From Antedon mediterranea (lineage: Eukaryota > Animalia > Echinodermata): 64,000 nt of DNA. The notes below the pieces were generated by a model. The model did not search any database, had not been told where the DNA came from, and saw only the letters and a program-made list of their open reading frames with translations. Position 1 is the first letter of the stretch. Every line of letters begins with the position of its first letter. Positions 61,321-64,000 of this stretch are shown piece after piece. The stretch spans positions 17,935,365 through 17,999,364 of the forward strand of contig NC_092678.1 in the NCBI RefSeq assembly GCF_964355755.1, given 5' to 3'. A program made the translations under genes and the position numbers.

Positions 61321-64000
61321 TCATGATAATATTCATTTATACCGTAATTCTAACGAACATTTCTCATTGCGATGTGGAGTTAGGCCTACACTTGTCCTCT
61401 ACGTCTTCCCCTAGAGTCACATGTCAGTTCTGCCAAAAACATTGTCTGCCCACGACAATGTATGTGCCTGATAGCGTTTCATATTTATTTTAGCGGTAGG
61501 CCTATTGCCGAACAGTTTAAGATTTTCCGAATATACTTAACACTGACGATATTGCATGCGTATTTTATCATCCATAATCCATCTGAGATATACGAATATG
61601 AGTTATCATTAAAACCATCTTCTGTAGTCTGATTGGTCAGTTTGCTGACCCAGTTTACACTCCTGCAATGTTTATATTTTGTATGAATTACAGTAAACTA
61701 TGGAACGCCGTTTACGCAACAACTCGATCTTATGAATGTTATGACGCGATATGTAAAAGGTATATTTTAGTCGTTGCATTGCGGTTTTTTGTTTGTTTAA
61801 AAGACACGTAATAAGTCATTCAAATACGCATATACAGTACAAACAATTCTTTCTTTTATTTCAATTTTATTCAACAGTTATTGTCCAATCACAGGATGTC
61901 TTAAATCGGAAAATGTTAACATTCATAATTACAGTATAAAACACACATTCCAAGTTAGAAAGATAATAAATATAGAAGTATTTACAACATTACAATTACT
62001 ACATACAAATTACACTGGGAATTAGGACGGTACTCTAGCTCTGACAATGTATTACATGGAAAGTTTTATGTAATAGTTTCGTAAACTGTTTTTCTTTATA
62101 AAGCCGCTACGGTCGGTTTGATTCTGAAAAATATGTCATCCCCTGGAGAATTTGAAGCAATGTGGGAGACCCAAATATTTCAATATACCTACGGTACGCT
62201 TGACATAACCCTAACATGAATTTATTGTCTTGATATACAAGAAAAAAAACTCGTGAAAAAGTAAGAAAAAAAAAGAATGTTCAGTCCCTTGCTTGTTTGA
62301 TTGTTATTGTATTGTTATATATTTGTTCACTCATTATTTTTGTTTGATGTTTTTTTCTGTGTTTATTTTTTTAATTGCTATTTTATATATTTGGTCACTC
62401 ATAAGCCATATAATTGGTCTGGTCTTGTATTAAACAAGAGTGTGATTAAATAAATAAAATTTAAAAAAAATACAAAATTAATGTTTGGTCCTAAAGGTGT
62501 CCCCTTAACGGGGAGTCCAATTTACTTATTTTTAATACTGTTAGGCCTACTGTTCTACACGGATAAAAAGTTAAACAAAATAAATTAAATATTACAAGTA
62601 CGGTAGTAGGCTACTATACTATTCTTTTTCCTTATAAGACAATTATAAAAGTACGTTGCTAAATGTAATCCGTCATCAGCAGTATACGCGCTCATCTCTA
62701 GTGATTTGAATTGTTCTGCCAACATCATTATTAAAGATGAACGAGCACATCTAAACGTGTCACGTGGTGGCTAATGTCTTCGTGCCATAATCATTAAGTG
62801 ACGTAGTTGTTCCCGAAAGTTCAATATCCAGCGATTATCCACCCCAAGTCAATTTTGCACGAATTTAAAGTCATTTTATAAGTCTTGAAGATACATCGTT
62901 AAAATAAAATGTGTTCCCTGGTGCAGCATCGATTGACTATGCACGAAATATTATTTACGTGTCATCACCTCCCTCCCCCTCCATCACCATCTGACCCATT
63001 CATCCAATTGTGATTGACTTTTATGTTCTCACGTTGCGTTTCGTCCAAACCGCAAGGACGTAGTCCGCAACGCAAGCGAATTGACCAATCATAAAGCGTG
63101 GTTCCCACAAGCGACGCAACGTAACGCAATCTACGCAACGTAAGAAAATGCCCTTTCAATCATTGCGTTTTCCCCCGAAATCAAACCTACGATGTTTGCA
63201 GCACTATTGCGTCGCCGTCGGTTGCCACTTGTGATTACGCAATACATCAATTTGCGTCGATACGTCGCTGCGTTGCGTAGCGACAGTTGGAATAAACCAT
63301 TGCTTTTGATTTGCTTACGTTGCGTCCTATTTGTGGGAACCAAACTTCAGAGCTTGATTATCGGTAAGCCTTAGTACTGTCTAGATCAACTGTATTTTAC
63401 TGTGTTTTTACGTTTCACGTACATTGCAATTCTATTGTCTCGAATCGATAGTCAAAAAATGCTTCTTTGTCGTCGAACTTTGAAATGTTAATGCCTCCAG
63501 TGTTAAGCTAGCTAGTTTTACAACACGACAAGATATAACGTGTCAGAATGTGTTCTATTGCCGCAAGGTGAACGTTATTTCTGTCCATTTCAAAGAAATC
63601 GCTTTGTCCCTGAGTAACAAAATATTGGATTTGTGAAAATACGAAATTTGCTTGTTTAGATTCTAATGCCTGTGACATTTTAAATAATGTGTTTTATATT
63701 TCTCTGTCTGTTTGTGTATGTATTGCAGCTTTTTTATCTTTTGTGATTCACCACAACCTTCACTCATTTGTCTGTATAATTACTAGAAAATAATACAAAG
63801 TATTTACTTCTTAACATTCTTTTTTTGTTGTTAAATCTATTTACAACAACCAATTGTATATTAATTAAAATTACAAAAGTGTTTACCTGCAAATCTACGT
63901 TACACACATGTTAACATACACATTTATTTATATACTATATTTTTCACCTTTAGTATAATTATGCAAGGGTCATGAATTCAAGTCCCGTCACATGTCAAGA

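Overview
AT-rich, intron-rich, transposon-littered animal genomic DNA. It is an invertebrate, plausibly an echinoderm or other deuterostome (inference only). No prokaryotic, phage or CRISPR features are present. Five host genes can be reconstructed by hand. (1) The first coding exon of a probable Emx/empty-spiracles-like homeobox repressor with an eh1 motif (minus strand, runs off the left edge). (2) A complete 6-exon GDP-fucose transporter SLC35C1 (minus, 377 aa). (3) A complete DPM3 with 4 coding exons (minus, 93 aa), which the ORF track misses. (4) A 3-exon, probably secreted protein with a PAN/Apple domain and three Link (hyaluronan-binding-type) modules (minus, ~409 aa). (5) A 760-aa three-Ig transmembrane adhesion receptor with an intronless CDS (plus). 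The most striking structure is that both neighbouring glycosylation genes carry minisatellites built from their own exon-intron junctions. SLC35C1 has 10 tandem copies of its last splice acceptor, and only the most distal copy gives full-length protein. DPM3 has ~20 tandem copies of a splice donor, and only the first gives full-length protein. SLC35C1 also has an apparently identical 2,903-bp tandem duplication of its promoter and exon 1. The rest is decayed LINEs, MITE/foldback DNA elements (Academ-, Ginger-, Merlin-, P-, Kolobok-, Tc1-, Harbinger- and Helentron-like), tRNA-derived repeats and possible degenerate Penelope-type hammerhead motifs. Coordinates were read by eye; TE boundaries may be off by a few bases, and superfamily names rest on termini/TSD patterns, not database searches.
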